The notes: generated by a model not told the origin, from the sequence alone. Shown: positions 39,518 to 49,221, counted from the first letter of the stretch. The stretch is 64,000 nucleotides of DNA from Dehalococcoidia bacterium (GCA_964291495.2 OZ219872.1:352001-416000), one strand, 5' to 3'. Program-made: numbers and translations.

Positions 39518-41098
39518 CTAGGTGAGGTTGATCAGTCGCACGCCATAGATCGCGTCGAGCGTCTCGAGGGCGGCGCGCTCGGAGGGTGTCAGCGGGCGGT
39601 CGATGCCGAGCACCATCAGCGCCCGGCCCTCCTCGCCGCTGGCGACTGACATGAAGTTGATGTTGATCGACCAGTCGCCGAGCAGGCTGCCGACGCGTCC
39701 GACCATGCCCGGCCGGTCCACGTTCTCCACCGCGAGCACGTAGGGCGCCGCGCCGGACAGGAACTCGACCTCGAAGCCGTCGATGCCGACGATGCGCACG
39801 CCGGCCTGCGTGTGCGTGGCGGCGACGGCGGTGGAACCACTGTCCGCGATCACGCGCACGACCACGAGGTTGGCGTAGGGCTCACGCGCCGCGCCGCGAT
39901 CCTCGACGATGGCGAGCCCGTGCTGCCGCGCCTCTTGGTCGGCGTTCACGATCGTGACCTTGCCGTCTGAGACGGGCTCCAGTACGCCGACGATCGCGGC
40001 GGCTCGCAGCGGACCCAGCTCGTGGTTCGCGATCTCGCCGAGGTAATCGATGCGCAGCTGCGCGAGCTGCCCGCCCTGCAATTGGGAGGCGACGCTGGCG
40101 GCCACCTCGGCGGCGTCGAGGTAGGGCCCGATGATCGCCATCGTCTCCGGGTCGACCAGCGGCGCGTTGACCGCGAAGCGGGCGGGCCGCCCCGCCAGCA
40201 CCGCCAGCACCTCGTCGACGACCTCGACGGCGGCGCGGTCTTGCGCCTCGGCCGTCGAGGCGGCGAGGTGCGGCGTCACGACCACGCCGTCCGTGGCCGT
40301 GAGCACGTTGCCGATCGCGGGCTCCTCGCTGAAGACGTCGATGGCGGCGCCCGCGATCACGCCGCCCTCGACGGCCTCGTGCAGCGCCTGCTCGTCCACG
40401 AGGGCGCCGCGCGCGGTGTTCACGAGGTAGGCGCCGGGCTTCATGCGCGCCAGCTGCTCGCTGCCGATCAGGCCGCGCGTGCCCTCGTGCAGCGCGGTGT
40501 GCAGCGTCACGAAGTCGGCCTGCTCCAGCAGCTCGTCGAGCGAGACGAGCTCGACGCCGATCGAGGCGGCGCGCTCGCTGGAGACGAACGGGTCGTGGGC
40601 GATGACGCGCATCTCGAAGGCGCGCGCGCGCGCGGCGACGCCCGAGCCGATGCGCCCGAGGCCCACCACGCCGAGCGCGTGCCCGGCCAGCTCGACGCCC
40701 TGCAGCCTGCTGCGCTCCCAGCGGCCCTCGCGCAGCGAGGCGTGGCCCTGCGGCACGTTGCGCGCGACGGCGAGCAGCATCGCGAAGGCGTGCTCGATGG
40801 CGGACATGGTGTTGGACAGGGGCGCGTTGACGACGACGACGCCGCGCGCCGTCGCCGCATCGAGGTCGATGTTGTCGACGCCGACCCCGGCGCGGCCGAT
40901 CACCGTGAGCTGCGGGGCGGCCTCGATGATGCGTTCCGTGACCTGAGTCTGGCTGCGCACGATGATGCCGGCGACGTCGGCGACGGCCTCGACGAGTTCG
41001 TCCTCGCTCAGGCCGGTGCGGACGATCGCGTCGTGGCGTTCCTGCAGGCGCTCGATGCCCTGTTCGGCGATCTGATCGGCGACGAGGACGGTCGCCAT
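39518..41098 (-). CDS. serA: D-3-phosphoglycerate dehydrogenase
   Basis: RAGVGVDNID, GLGRIG, NTARG, TPHLAAST, C-terminal ACT domain DRPGMVG. Confidence 0.95.
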   Translation of the reverse strand: MATVLVADQIAEQGIERLQERHDAIVRTGLSEDELVEAVADVAGIIVRSQTQVTERIIEAAPQLTVIGRAGVGVDNIDLDAATARGVVVVNAPLSNTMSAIEHAFAMLLAVARNVPQGHASLREGRWERSRLQGVELAGHALGVVGLGRIGSGVAARARAFEMRVIAHDPFVSSERAASIGVELVSLDELLEQADFVTLHTALHEGTRGLIGSEQLARMKPGAYLVNTARGALVDEQALHEAVEGGVIAGAAIDVFSEEPAIGNVLTATDGVVVTPHLAASTAEAQDRAAVEVVDEVLAVLAGRPARFAVNAPLVDPETMAIIGPYLDAAEVAASVASQLQGGQLAQLRIDYLGEIANHELGPLRAAAIVGVLEPVSDGKVTIVNADQEARQHGLAIVEDRGAAREPYANLVVVRVIADSGSTAVAATHTQAGVRIVGIDGFEVEFLSGAAPYVLAVENVDRPGMVGRVGSLLGDWSININFMSVASGEEGRALMVLGIDRPLTPSERAALETLDAIYGVRLINLT

Positions 41099-41125
41099 CG
41101 AGCGGCCTCCCGTTGCGTCCGCGCC

Positions 41126-42229
41126 CTACCCGCCGGCCGCGGCCGGCACGGCGTGGCCGAGTTTCGCGAGGCTGCCGCGCAGCGCCTCCAGGCCGCCGCG
41201 CACGTCCTCGTCGGTCGTGTAGCCGAGATGGCCGAAGCGGATGATCTGGCCTCCGAGGCTGGCCTGCCCGCCTGCGAAGACGGTGTCGTAGTCCGTACGG
41301 GCGATCGCGCGGATTTCGTCGGCGGCGAGGCCTTCGGGCGGCAGCATGGCGGTCACGGTGTCGGAGCGGACGCCCTCGGCGGCGAAGAGCTCGAGGCCAA
41401 GCGCCTCGAGGCCGTCGCGGACGCGCTCGGCGGTCGCCAGGTGGCGCGCCCAGACGGCCTCCATGCCCTCGGCGCGCAGCATGCGCAGCGCCTGGCGCAG
41501 CTGGAACATCAGCGAGATCGCCGGCGTCCACGGCGTCTGTCCGGCCTCCTGCGAGCGCTGCGCCCGCCGCAGGTCGAGGTACATGCGAGGCGTGGTGCAG
41601 CGACCCTGCGCCTCCCAGGCGCGCTCGCTGACGCTCACAAAGGAGAGTCCCGGCGCCGTCATCCAGCCCTTCTGCGAGCCGGACACCACCACGTCGAGCC
41701 CCCACGCGTCCGTCTCCAGCGGGATCGAGGAGAGCGAGGAGATGGCGTCGACGATCAGCAGCCGGTCGCGGGCGCGGACGACCTGCGCGATCTCCTCGAG
41801 CGGGTTGGTGACGCCAGTGGAGGTCTCGTTGTGCGTGACGAGGACGGCGCGGATCTCGGGGTCCGCGGCGAGGGCGTCGTCGATGCGCGCCGGGTCGGCG
41901 GCGCTGCCGTAGACAAAGCCGAGGTGCACCGGGTCGCCGCCGTAGATGCGGACCAGCTCGAGGAAGCGCTCGCCGAAGACGCCGATGGTCACCACCAGCA
42001 CGCGGTCGCCGGGGCCGACGTGGTTGACGACCGCGGCCTCCATGCCGGAGGTGCCGGAGCCGGTCAGGGTCAGCACGTCGTGCTCGGTGCGGAAGGCGTA
42101 GCGCAGGCCCTCGTGGAGCTCGCCGATCAGCTCGGCGAACTCGGGACCGCGATGGTTTATCATCGGGGCCGCGCCCGCCTGGGCGACCTCCGCGGGAACG
42201 GGAATCGGACCCGGCGTACGCAGGTTCAC
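41126..42229 (-). CDS. Class V PLP aminotransferase (alanine/serine-glyoxylate type; likely phosphoserine aminotransferase role)
   Basis: TPGP, HNETSTG, DAISS, GSQKG, TPWTP; adjacent to serA. Confidence 0.9.
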   Translation of the reverse strand: MNLRTPGPIPVPAEVAQAGAAPMINHRGPEFAELIGELHEGLRYAFRTEHDVLTLTGSGTSGMEAAVVNHVGPGDRVLVVTIGVFGERFLELVRIYGGDPVHLGFVYGSAADPARIDDALAADPEIRAVLVTHNETSTGVTNPLEEIAQVVRARDRLLIVDAISSLSSIPLETDAWGLDVVVSGSQKGWMTAPGLSFVSVSERAWEAQGRCTTPRMYLDLRRAQRSQEAGQTPWTPAISLMFQLRQALRMLRAEGMEAVWARHLATAERVRDGLEALGLELFAAEGVRSDTVTAMLPPEGLAADEIRAIARTDYDTVFAGGQASLGGQIIRFGHLGYTTDEDVRGGLEALRGSLAKLGHAVPAAAGG

Positions 42230-42320
42230 GGCGCCTCCGGAGACGGGGATTCAGGTCGGCCGGCTGGGCGCGATCATCGTCCACCCGCGCCCCGATAGCG
42301 TCAACGCGAGTGGCTACCCT

Positions 42321-42376
42321 TTCCCGTCATCCCTGCCTCCCCCTTCCCGTCATCCCTGCCTCCCCCTTCCCGTCAT
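42321..42376. repeat. 23-bp tandem repeat (2 copies plus a partial third)
   Basis: TTCCCGTCATCCCTGCCTCCCCC at 42321 and 42344; the third unit runs into the palindrome below. Confidence 0.85.
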
Positions 42377-42398
42377 TCCGGCGAAAGCCGGAATCCAG
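42364..42398. repeat. GTCATTCCGGCGAAAGCCGGAATC palindromic element (VIPAKAGI type), copy 1
   Basis: 35 bp identical to 49222-49256; stem ATTCCGGC-GAAA-GCCGGAAT. Confidence 0.9.
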
Positions 42399-42440
42399 GC
42401 ACGCCTACTCATCGGGGCGTTCGGGGCGGGCGGGAGTCCT

Positions 42441-42476
42441 CCCCCTCACCCCCGCCCTCTCCCCAGGGAGAGGGGG
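42441..42476 (+). repeat. REP-like hairpin repeat, copy 2
   Basis: CCCCCTCACCCCCGCCCTCTCCCCAGGGAGAGGGGG. Confidence 0.85.
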
Positions 42477-42542
42477 ACGGAGAGGAGCGGAGCGCGCGCC
42501 TCGTCCTCGCCGGCCTGGTCGAACGGCAGGAACTGCCGAGCC

Positions 42543-44927
42543 CTACCGCACGGCGGCGAGGAGGGCGACGGTGACGCCGTCGCCGCCTTCCGGGCGCGTG
42601 CCGGTTTCGTAGGCGGTGACGAGGGGGTGGCGGTCGAGGAGGTCGCGGACGGCGCGGCGCAGCGCGCCGGTGCCCTTGCCGTGGATGATGCGCACCCGCT
42701 CGCGGCCGGCGCGCGCGGCGTCGTCGAGGAACGCCTCCACCGACGGCAATGCCTCGGCGACGATCTGGCCTCGGATCTCGATCTGCTCGGGGGCGCTCGG
42801 CGCGGGCGGGGTGCGCACCGCGACGATTACCTCGCCGTCGGGCTGCTCGATGCGCTCGACCTGGGCGAGGCGCACGCGCGTGCGCAGCGCGCCGAGCTGC
42901 ACCTGGAACTCGCCCGCCTCGTCCGGCTCGCTCAGCGCCTCGCCGGGCGAGCCGATGCCGCGCAGCCAGACGTGCGAACCGATCTCCGGCGCGGGCAGCG
43001 TGCGGGGGGCCCTCGCCGCCGCCGGGCGGGCGTCAGCGACAGGCTCCGGCGTCGGCTCGGGTACCAGCGCCGCGGCGGCCTCGCGGGCGCGTTCGAGGTC
43101 GGCCGCGGCCTGCTCGAGGCGCGCCGACTCCACCTCGCGGCGCGCGCGTTGCAGCATCCGCTCCGCGTCGCGGACCTCCTCGCGGACGCGCTCGCGCGAC
43201 TCGGCGCGCAACCGCTCGCCCTCGTCCGCCAGCGCCGCGAGCTGTCGCTCGAGGTCCGCGCGCAGCTCCTCGGCGGCGTCGCGGTCGGCGGCGGCGCGGG
43301 CCGCGCGGTCCTCGGCGGCGCTGAGCTGCGCGCGCAGCTCGCCGAGCACCGCCTCGAGGTCGCGCTGCTCGTGCGAGAGCCCCTCGCGCGCGGCCTCGAC
43401 GATCGCGCCGGGCATGCCGAGCCGCTCGGCGATGGCGAGCGCGTTGGACTGGCCCGGCACGCCGATGCGCAGCCGGTAGGTCGGCGCGAGCGTCTCCACA
43501 TCGAACTCCACCGAGGCGTTGCGCACCGCCGGGTCGCGGTGCGCGAACAGCTTCAGCTCGCTGTGGTGCGTGGTCGCGATCAGCGTCGCGCCCGCCTCGA
43601 TCAACCGCCCGACGATCGCGATCGCCAGCACCGCGCCCTCGGTCGGGTCGGTGCCCGCCCCCAGCTCGTCGAGCAGCACGAGCGAGCGCTCCCCGGCGCG
43701 TTCGAGGATGTCGATGATCGCGGTCACATGGCCGGAGAAGGTCGAGAGCGACTGCTCGATCGACTGCTCGTCGCCGATGTCGGCGAAGACGGCGTCGTAG
43801 ACAGGGATGCGGGTGCCCTCGTCGGCGGGGACGGGCAGTCCGGCGAGCGCCATCAGCGAGAGCAGCCCGGCGGTCTTGAGCGCCACCGTCTTGCCGCCGG
43901 TGTTCGGCCCGGTGATCAGCAGCGCCCGCGTCTCGCCGCCCGCCTCGATGGTGACCGGCACGACTTCGCCCTCGAGCAGCGGGTGGCGCGCCTCGACGAG
44001 GCGCAGCGCGGCGGGCGCCTCGACGAGCCACGGGACATCGCTCCCCGCCTCGGTCAGCTCCGAGGCGGCCAGCTCCTCGGCGAGCTGCGCCTTGGCCAGC
44101 GCGAGGTCGATCCTCGCGAGGCGCTCGACCGCGTCGACCAGCTCGTGCTCCGCCTCGCCGGCGGCCTCGGAGAGCGTGCGCATGATGCGCTCGATCTCGT
44201 GGCGCTCCTGCGCCTGCAGCTCGCGCCAGCGGTTGCCGAGGTCCACGACCGCGAGCGGCTCGATGTAAATGGTGGCTCCCGAGGCGGAGGTGTCGTGCAC
44301 GATGCCGGGCACGGCGCTGCGCGACTCGGCGCGCACCGGCAGCACGTAGCGCCCGTCGCGCAGCGTGACAATCGGGTCCTGGAGGGCGGGGCGCAGCGCC
44401 GAGGAGCGCAGCAGCGCCTCCATGCGCTGCTGCAGGCGGCCGTGCACGGCGTCGCGCTCGCGGCGGATCGTCTCCAGCTCGCGGCTCGCCGAGTCGCGCA
44501 CCTCGCCGCGCTCGTCGACGGCGGCGGCGATCAGCCCGCGCAGCGCCTCGAGGTCGGCGAGCCCGGCGGCGCGCGTCGAGAGCAGCGGGGTCTCCTGGCG
44601 CACGCGCGCGAAGGTGCGACGGATCCGCGTCGCCGCCCTCGCGAGGTCGGCGATCTCCAGCAGCTCCGAGGGCGCGAGCACCTGCCCGCGCCCCGACGTG
44701 CGCGCCGAGGCCCGCACGTCGCGCACGCCGCCCAGGCCCACCTCGACGCGCAGCGTGCGCAGGCGCACGGCCTCGGCGGTCTCGCGCTGGCGGCGGACGG
44801 CGCGCTCGCGGTCGGCGACGGGCCGCAGCGCGAGCGCCAGCTCGCGCCCGGCCGAGAACGAGGTCGCGCGTGCGAGCCGTTCCCGGATCGCCGGGAACTC
44901 GAGGATGGCGAGCGCCTTATCGTCCAG
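42543..44927 (-). CDS. mutS2: Endonuclease MutS2 (probable CTG start)
   Basis: DDKALAILEFPAI N-terminus, ITGPNTGGKT, DIGDEQSIEQSLSTFS, DELGAGTDP, Smr domain IIHGKGTG. Confidence 0.95.
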   Translation of the reverse strand: MDDKALAILEFPAIRERLARATSFSAGRELALALRPVADRERAVRRQRETAEAVRLRTLRVEVGLGGVRDVRASARTSGRGQVLAPSELLEIADLARAATRIRRTFARVRQETPLLSTRAAGLADLEALRGLIAAAVDERGEVRDSASRELETIRRERDAVHGRLQQRMEALLRSSALRPALQDPIVTLRDGRYVLPVRAESRSAVPGIVHDTSASGATIYIEPLAVVDLGNRWRELQAQERHEIERIMRTLSEAAGEAEHELVDAVERLARIDLALAKAQLAEELAASELTEAGSDVPWLVEAPAALRLVEARHPLLEGEVVPVTIEAGGETRALLITGPNTGGKTVALKTAGLLSLMALAGLPVPADEGTRIPVYDAVFADIGDEQSIEQSLSTFSGHVTAIIDILERAGERSLVLLDELGAGTDPTEGAVLAIAIVGRLIEAGATLIATTHHSELKLFAHRDPAVRNASVEFDVETLAPTYRLRIGVPGQSNALAIAERLGMPGAIVEAAREGLSHEQRDLEAVLGELRAQLSAAEDRAARAAADRDAAEELRADLERQLAALADEGERLRAESRERVREEVRDAERMLQRARREVESARLEQAAADLERAREAAAALVPEPTPEPVADARPAAARAPRTLPAPEIGSHVWLRGIGSPGEALSEPDEAGEFQVQLGALRTRVRLAQVERIEQPDGEVIVAVRTPPAPSAPEQIEIRGQIVAEALPSVEAFLDDAARAGRERVRIIHGKGTGALRRAVRDLLDRHPLVTAYETGTRPEGGDGVTVALLAAVR

Positions 44928-46308
44928 CAGAAGCCTCCGAACCGCCCTCGCAGAGTGCGGCCAGCGAGTTGGCGACGTGGCGGTCGTCGCCGGGCTCGAC
45001 CGTGCGCGGGTCGAGCAGCACCGCGCCGCGCTCGATGCGCGCGACGATCGGCGGGTCGGCCTCGCGCAGGGCGGCGGCGAAGGCGTCCGCCCCGCCGGGC
45101 GGCGCGGCGATCGCGCAGACGGGCGACTCGAGGCCCTCGCCCGGCAGCGAGCCGCCGCCGATCATCGAGCGCGCCGTGTCGACCGAGGCGCCCGCGTCTT
45201 CGCCGCAGGCGCGCGCCCAGCGCCGCGCGCGCCGCCGCAGCCCGTCCGCCGGTGCGGCGATCATGCGCCAGATCGGGATCTCCTCGATAGCCTCGCCGCG
45301 CGCGTAGTGGCCGAGGGTGGCGGCCAGCCCGGCGATCGAGGCCTTGTCCATGCGCACGGCGCGGGCGAGCGGGTGGCGCTGCATCGCGCCGATCGCACCC
45401 TCGCGGCCGACGGCGACGCCCGCCTGGGGGCCGCCGATCAGCTTGTCGCCGGAGAACAGCGTCACGTCCGCGCCGGCGGCGACCGAGTCGCGCACGAGCG
45501 GCTCGGCGCCCAGCCCGTGCTCGCGAGGATCGAGCAGCGCGCCGCTGCCGAGGTCGTCGATCAGCAGCAGCCCGCGCTCGCGGGTGAGCGAGGCCAGCGC
45601 CGGGAGCGGCGTCTCCTCGGTGAAGCCGACGACGCGGAAGTTCGAGGCATGCACGCGCAGCAGCGCAACGGTGCGCTCGCTGATTGCCTCGGCGTAGTCG
45701 CGCAGGTAGGTGCGGTTCGTCGTGCCGACCTCGACGAGGGTCGCGCCGGACTGGCGCATCACATCGGGGATGCGGAAGCCGCCGCCGATCTCGACGAGCT
45801 GGCCGCGCGCGATCACCACCTCGCCGCCGGCGCAGAGCGCGGAGAGCGCGAGCAGCAACGCCGAGGCGTTGTTGTTGACCGCGATGCCGGCCTCCGCGCC
45901 CGTCACGCGCGCGAGCAGGTCGGCGAGGTGGCTGAAGCGCGAGCCGCGCTCTCCGGCCTCGAGGTCGAACTCGAGGTTCGAGTAGCCCTCTGAGGCGGCG
46001 GCCATCGCGGCGATCGTGGCATTCGAGAGCGGGGCGCGGCCCAGGTTGGTGTGGATGATCACGCCGCTCGCGTTGACCACGCGGCGCAGGCTCGGCTCCA
46101 GGCTCGCAGCGCGGTCGGCGACGGCCTCGGCGGCCGACTGCTCGGGCAGCGCGCCCGAGCGCTCGATCTCCGCGCGGTAGTCGTCGAGGACCTCGCGGGC
46201 GACGCGCACGATCGCCTCGTGGCCGTGGCGCTCGGCGAGCGGGGCGACGCGCGGGTGCGTCAGCAGCCGCTCGATCGCCGGCAGCTCGCGGTACGGGTTC
46301 GTCGTCAT
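44917..46308 (-). CDS. selA: L-seryl-tRNA(Sec) selenium transferase
   Basis: VVNASGVIIHTNLGRAP, SNLE, VNNNA, RGQLVEIGGGFRIP, EVGTTNRT, DLGSG, FSGDKL, LDPRT. Confidence 0.95.
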   Translation of the reverse strand: MTTNPYRELPAIERLLTHPRVAPLAERHGHEAIVRVAREVLDDYRAEIERSGALPEQSAAEAVADRAASLEPSLRRVVNASGVIIHTNLGRAPLSNATIAAMAAASEGYSNLEFDLEAGERGSRFSHLADLLARVTGAEAGIAVNNNASALLLALSALCAGGEVVIARGQLVEIGGGFRIPDVMRQSGATLVEVGTTNRTYLRDYAEAISERTVALLRVHASNFRVVGFTEETPLPALASLTRERGLLLIDDLGSGALLDPREHGLGAEPLVRDSVAAGADVTLFSGDKLIGGPQAGVAVGREGAIGAMQRHPLARAVRMDKASIAGLAATLGHYARGEAIEEIPIWRMIAAPADGLRRRARRWARACGEDAGASVDTARSMIGGGSLPGEGLESPVCAIAAPPGGADAFAAALREADPPIVARIERGAVLLDPRTVEPGDDRHVANSLAALCEGGSEASAGR

Positions 46309-46462
46309 CGTCGCGTCCTCACGCACCACGCGCCCTCCGGACGCGTCAATGAGCACTGTCGATTGTACGTTCGCGCGGCGACCCTGCCGAGGGTGGCGCT
46401 GCCGAGGGCGGGCCGCCTGCGCTATGTTCGCGGGCGACCCGCGTTCGCGAGGGAGGCAGGCC

Positions 46463-47659
46463 GTGGACTTCACGCTCTCGCCGGAGGTGGACGCGCTGCG
46501 CCGGCGCATTCGCGACTTCACCGAGACGCGCATCATCCCCCTCGAGGCCGACCCGGACTCCTGGGACGAGCACGAGAACATCCGACTCGACCTGCTCGAG
46601 GACGTGCGCGCCGAGGTCAAGGCGCAGGGGCTGTGGGCGCCTCAGATGCCGCGCGAGCGCGGCGGGCTCGGCCTCGAAGTGGCGGGCATGGCGGCCTGCT
46701 ACGAGGAGATGGGCCGCTCGCTCTTCGGCCCCGTCAGCTTCAACTGCGCCGCCCCGGACGACGGCAACATGATCCTGCTCGAACGCGTCGGCACCGAGGC
46801 GCAGAAGGAGCGCTGGCTCGACCCGATCATCGAGGGCCGCGTGCGCTCAGCCTTCGCCATGACCGAGCCTGCGCCGGGCTCCGGTTCGGACCCCTCGATG
46901 ATGCTCACCACGGCCGAGCGCGACGGTGACCACTGGCGCATCAACGGCCGCAAGTGGTTCATCACCGGCGGGGCGGAGGCGCAGCACTTCATCCTCGTCG
47001 CGCGCACCAGCGACGACGAGCGCCGAGGGCTGACCGCCTTCCTCTTCGACGCCGACCAGCCCGGCTGGGAGATCGAGCGGCGCATCCCGATCATGGGGCC
47101 CGAGGAGCACGGCGGGCACTGCGAGCTGCGCTTCGACGACCTCGTGATCCCCGACGACCAGCGACTGATGGAGGTCGGCGAGGGTCTGAAGGCGACGCAG
47201 ATTCGCCTCGGCACGGCGCGCCTGACGCACTGCATGCGCTGGCTCGGCATGGCGCAGCGCGCGATGTCGATCGCCGCCGACTACGTGCGCGAGCGCGAGA
47301 GCTTCGGCCAGAAGCTCCACGAGCACGAGGGCGTGCAGTGGATGCTCGGCGAGGTCGCGATGGCGATCGAGGTGGGCCGCCTGCTCACGATGCGCGCCGC
47401 CTGGCGGCTCGACCAGGGCGACTTCGCGCGTCAGGACGTCTCGATGGCGAAGATTCACGTCTCCGAGACGCTGCACAAGGCCGTCGACACGGCGATCCAG
47501 CTCTGCGGCGCGCGCGGCTACTCGAAGGACACGCCGCTGGAGTGGATGTACCGCTACGCCCGCCAGGCCCGGCTCGTCGACGGCGCCTCGGAGGTGCACA
47601 AGATGGTGCTTGCCCGGCTCTACATGCAGGAGGAGCACGACTTCTGGAGCTGGCAGTGA
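46463..47659 (+). CDS. Acyl-CoA dehydrogenase family protein (LvaC/ACAD10-11-like)
   Basis: NCAAPDDGNM, FAMTEPAPGSGSDP, NGRKWFITG, GGH, ARLTHCMRWLG, DGASEVH. Confidence 0.9.
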   Translation: MDFTLSPEVDALRRRIRDFTETRIIPLEADPDSWDEHENIRLDLLEDVRAEVKAQGLWAPQMPRERGGLGLEVAGMAACYEEMGRSLFGPVSFNCAAPDDGNMILLERVGTEAQKERWLDPIIEGRVRSAFAMTEPAPGSGSDPSMMLTTAERDGDHWRINGRKWFITGGAEAQHFILVARTSDDERRGLTAFLFDADQPGWEIERRIPIMGPEEHGGHCELRFDDLVIPDDQRLMEVGEGLKATQIRLGTARLTHCMRWLGMAQRAMSIAADYVRERESFGQKLHEHEGVQWMLGEVAMAIEVGRLLTMRAAWRLDQGDFARQDVSMAKIHVSETLHKAVDTAIQLCGARGYSKDTPLEWMYRYARQARLVDGASEVHKMVLARLYMQEEHDFWSWQ

Positions 47660-49152
47660 GCTCCACGCCGCCGCTCGACCTTGCCGACGAGGGGACGCGC
47701 GACGCCCTCGCCGCCTGGCTCGCCGCAGCGGCGGGCGCCGACGGCGCGCGCATCGAGGACTCGGCGCCCCTCACCGGCGGCGCGATCCACCAGCACTGGC
47801 GAATCGACGTGGCCTTCGAGGGCGGCCCGCTCGCCGGCGACCCGGTCGCCCTCGTGCTGCGCGCGGAGGGCGACGCGACGCTGGAGGAGAGCCTGAGCGT
47901 CGCCGAGGAGTTCGCGATCGCGCGCGCGGCCTTCGAGGGAGGCGTCGCCGTGCCGGAGCCGCTCTGGCAGTGCGACGACTCCGTCATCGGGCGAGCATTC
48001 TCGATCTGGCGCTTCGTCGAGGGCGTCGCCGCCGGGCACCTGCTGGTGCGCGACGAGACGCTGGGCGGCCCGCGCCCGGCGCTGCTCGCGCGGCTCGGCG
48101 AGGAGCTCGCGCGCATCCAGACGCTCACGCCCGGCCACCCGGGGATCGAGTGGCTGCCCGTGCCGGAGCCAAGCCCGGCGCTCGCCGCCGTCGCGACGTA
48201 CCGCGCCGCCCTCGACGCGCACCCGAGGCCGCGCCCCGCGCTGGAGTGGGGGCTGCGCTGGCTGGAGCGCGAGGCGCCGGACACGGAGCGCCTCGTGCTG
48301 GTCCACAGCGACTACCGGACCGGCAACTTCATCGTCGGCGAGGACGGGCTGCGCGGCGTGCTCGACTGGGAGTTCGCGCGCTGGGGCGACCCGCTCGAGG
48401 ACCCCGCCTGGCTGAGCGCCCGCGCCTGGCGCTTCAACCGCTACGACCGCCGCGCCGGCGGCCTCGGCGACCTCGCCGACTTCGAGCGCGGCTACGGGCG
48501 GGAGCTGCCGCCGAGGGCGTTGCACTACTGGGAGGTGATGGCGCACGTCCGCTGGGCCGTGATCGCGATCCACCAGGGCGAGCGCCACAGCAGCGGCCGC
48601 CAGCCCTCGCTCGAGCTCGCCCTCACCGGCCGCATCGTCGACGAGGTCGAGCTCGAGGTGCTGACGCTGATCGAGGAGGGCGAGCGCGGCGACTACGGCA
48701 GCGGCGCGGACACGACGGCAGCACCGTCCCCTGCCTCGGAGGACGCTCCCCCGGCAGCCGACCCGCTCGACGGGGCCGCCCTGCTGGAGGCGGCGCGCGG
48801 CGCGCTGATGGACGACCTCGCGCCGCACGTCCCGGGCGCGCAGCGCTACGCCCTGCTGATGGCCGACAACGCGATGGGCATCGCCGCCCGCGAGCTGGAG
48901 GCAGGAGAGGCGCCCGCCCGCCGCGCCCTCGCGGGCCTCGCCGCCATCGAGGGCGCCCCGGCGGCCGGGGCCGACGAGGACGTGCGCACCGCCCTGCGCG
49001 ACGCCGAGGCGCGGCTAACCACGCAGATCCGCGCGGGCCGCTACGACGCCGGACCGGAGCGAGCCGCCCTCGCCGCCTGGCTGCGCGAGCGCAGTCTCGA
49101 CGCCACGCGGGTCAGCAACCCGCGCTTCCTCGCACGCCGCGGATTCGCGTAG
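47656..49152 (+). CDS. APH-family phosphotransferase fused to a small helical C-terminal domain (LvaA-LvaB-like)
   Basis: GGA, VLR, VPEP, HSDYRTGN, LDWEFA kinase motifs; linker then LLEAARGAL..MADNAMGIAAREL..IRAG..SNPRF. Confidence 0.85.
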   Translation: MSSTPPLDLADEGTRDALAAWLAAAAGADGARIEDSAPLTGGAIHQHWRIDVAFEGGPLAGDPVALVLRAEGDATLEESLSVAEEFAIARAAFEGGVAVPEPLWQCDDSVIGRAFSIWRFVEGVAAGHLLVRDETLGGPRPALLARLGEELARIQTLTPGHPGIEWLPVPEPSPALAAVATYRAALDAHPRPRPALEWGLRWLEREAPDTERLVLVHSDYRTGNFIVGEDGLRGVLDWEFARWGDPLEDPAWLSARAWRFNRYDRRAGGLGDLADFERGYGRELPPRALHYWEVMAHVRWAVIAIHQGERHSSGRQPSLELALTGRIVDEVELEVLTLIEEGERGDYGSGADTTAAPSPASEDAPPAADPLDGAALLEAARGALMDDLAPHVPGAQRYALLMADNAMGIAARELEAGEAPARRALAGLAAIEGAPAAGADEDVRTALRDAEARLTTQIRAGRYDAGPERAALAAWLRERSLDATRVSNPRFLARRGFA

Positions 49153-49221
49153 GACGGCTGCCTCCCGGCTCCCTCTCGTGGGCCAGGCGAGAGGGGACCG
49201 GAGGGAGTCGCTCCTGCATCG

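Noticed and set aside
42321-42398. Possible mini-CRISPR array
   Set aside because: Units are directly tandem with no spacers, and there are no cas genes.
44917-46308. Selenoprotein or tRNA-Sec near selA
   Set aside because: I saw no in-frame TGA at a Cys-like position with a SECIS hairpin, and no selB, selD or selC. The manual scan was not exhaustive.
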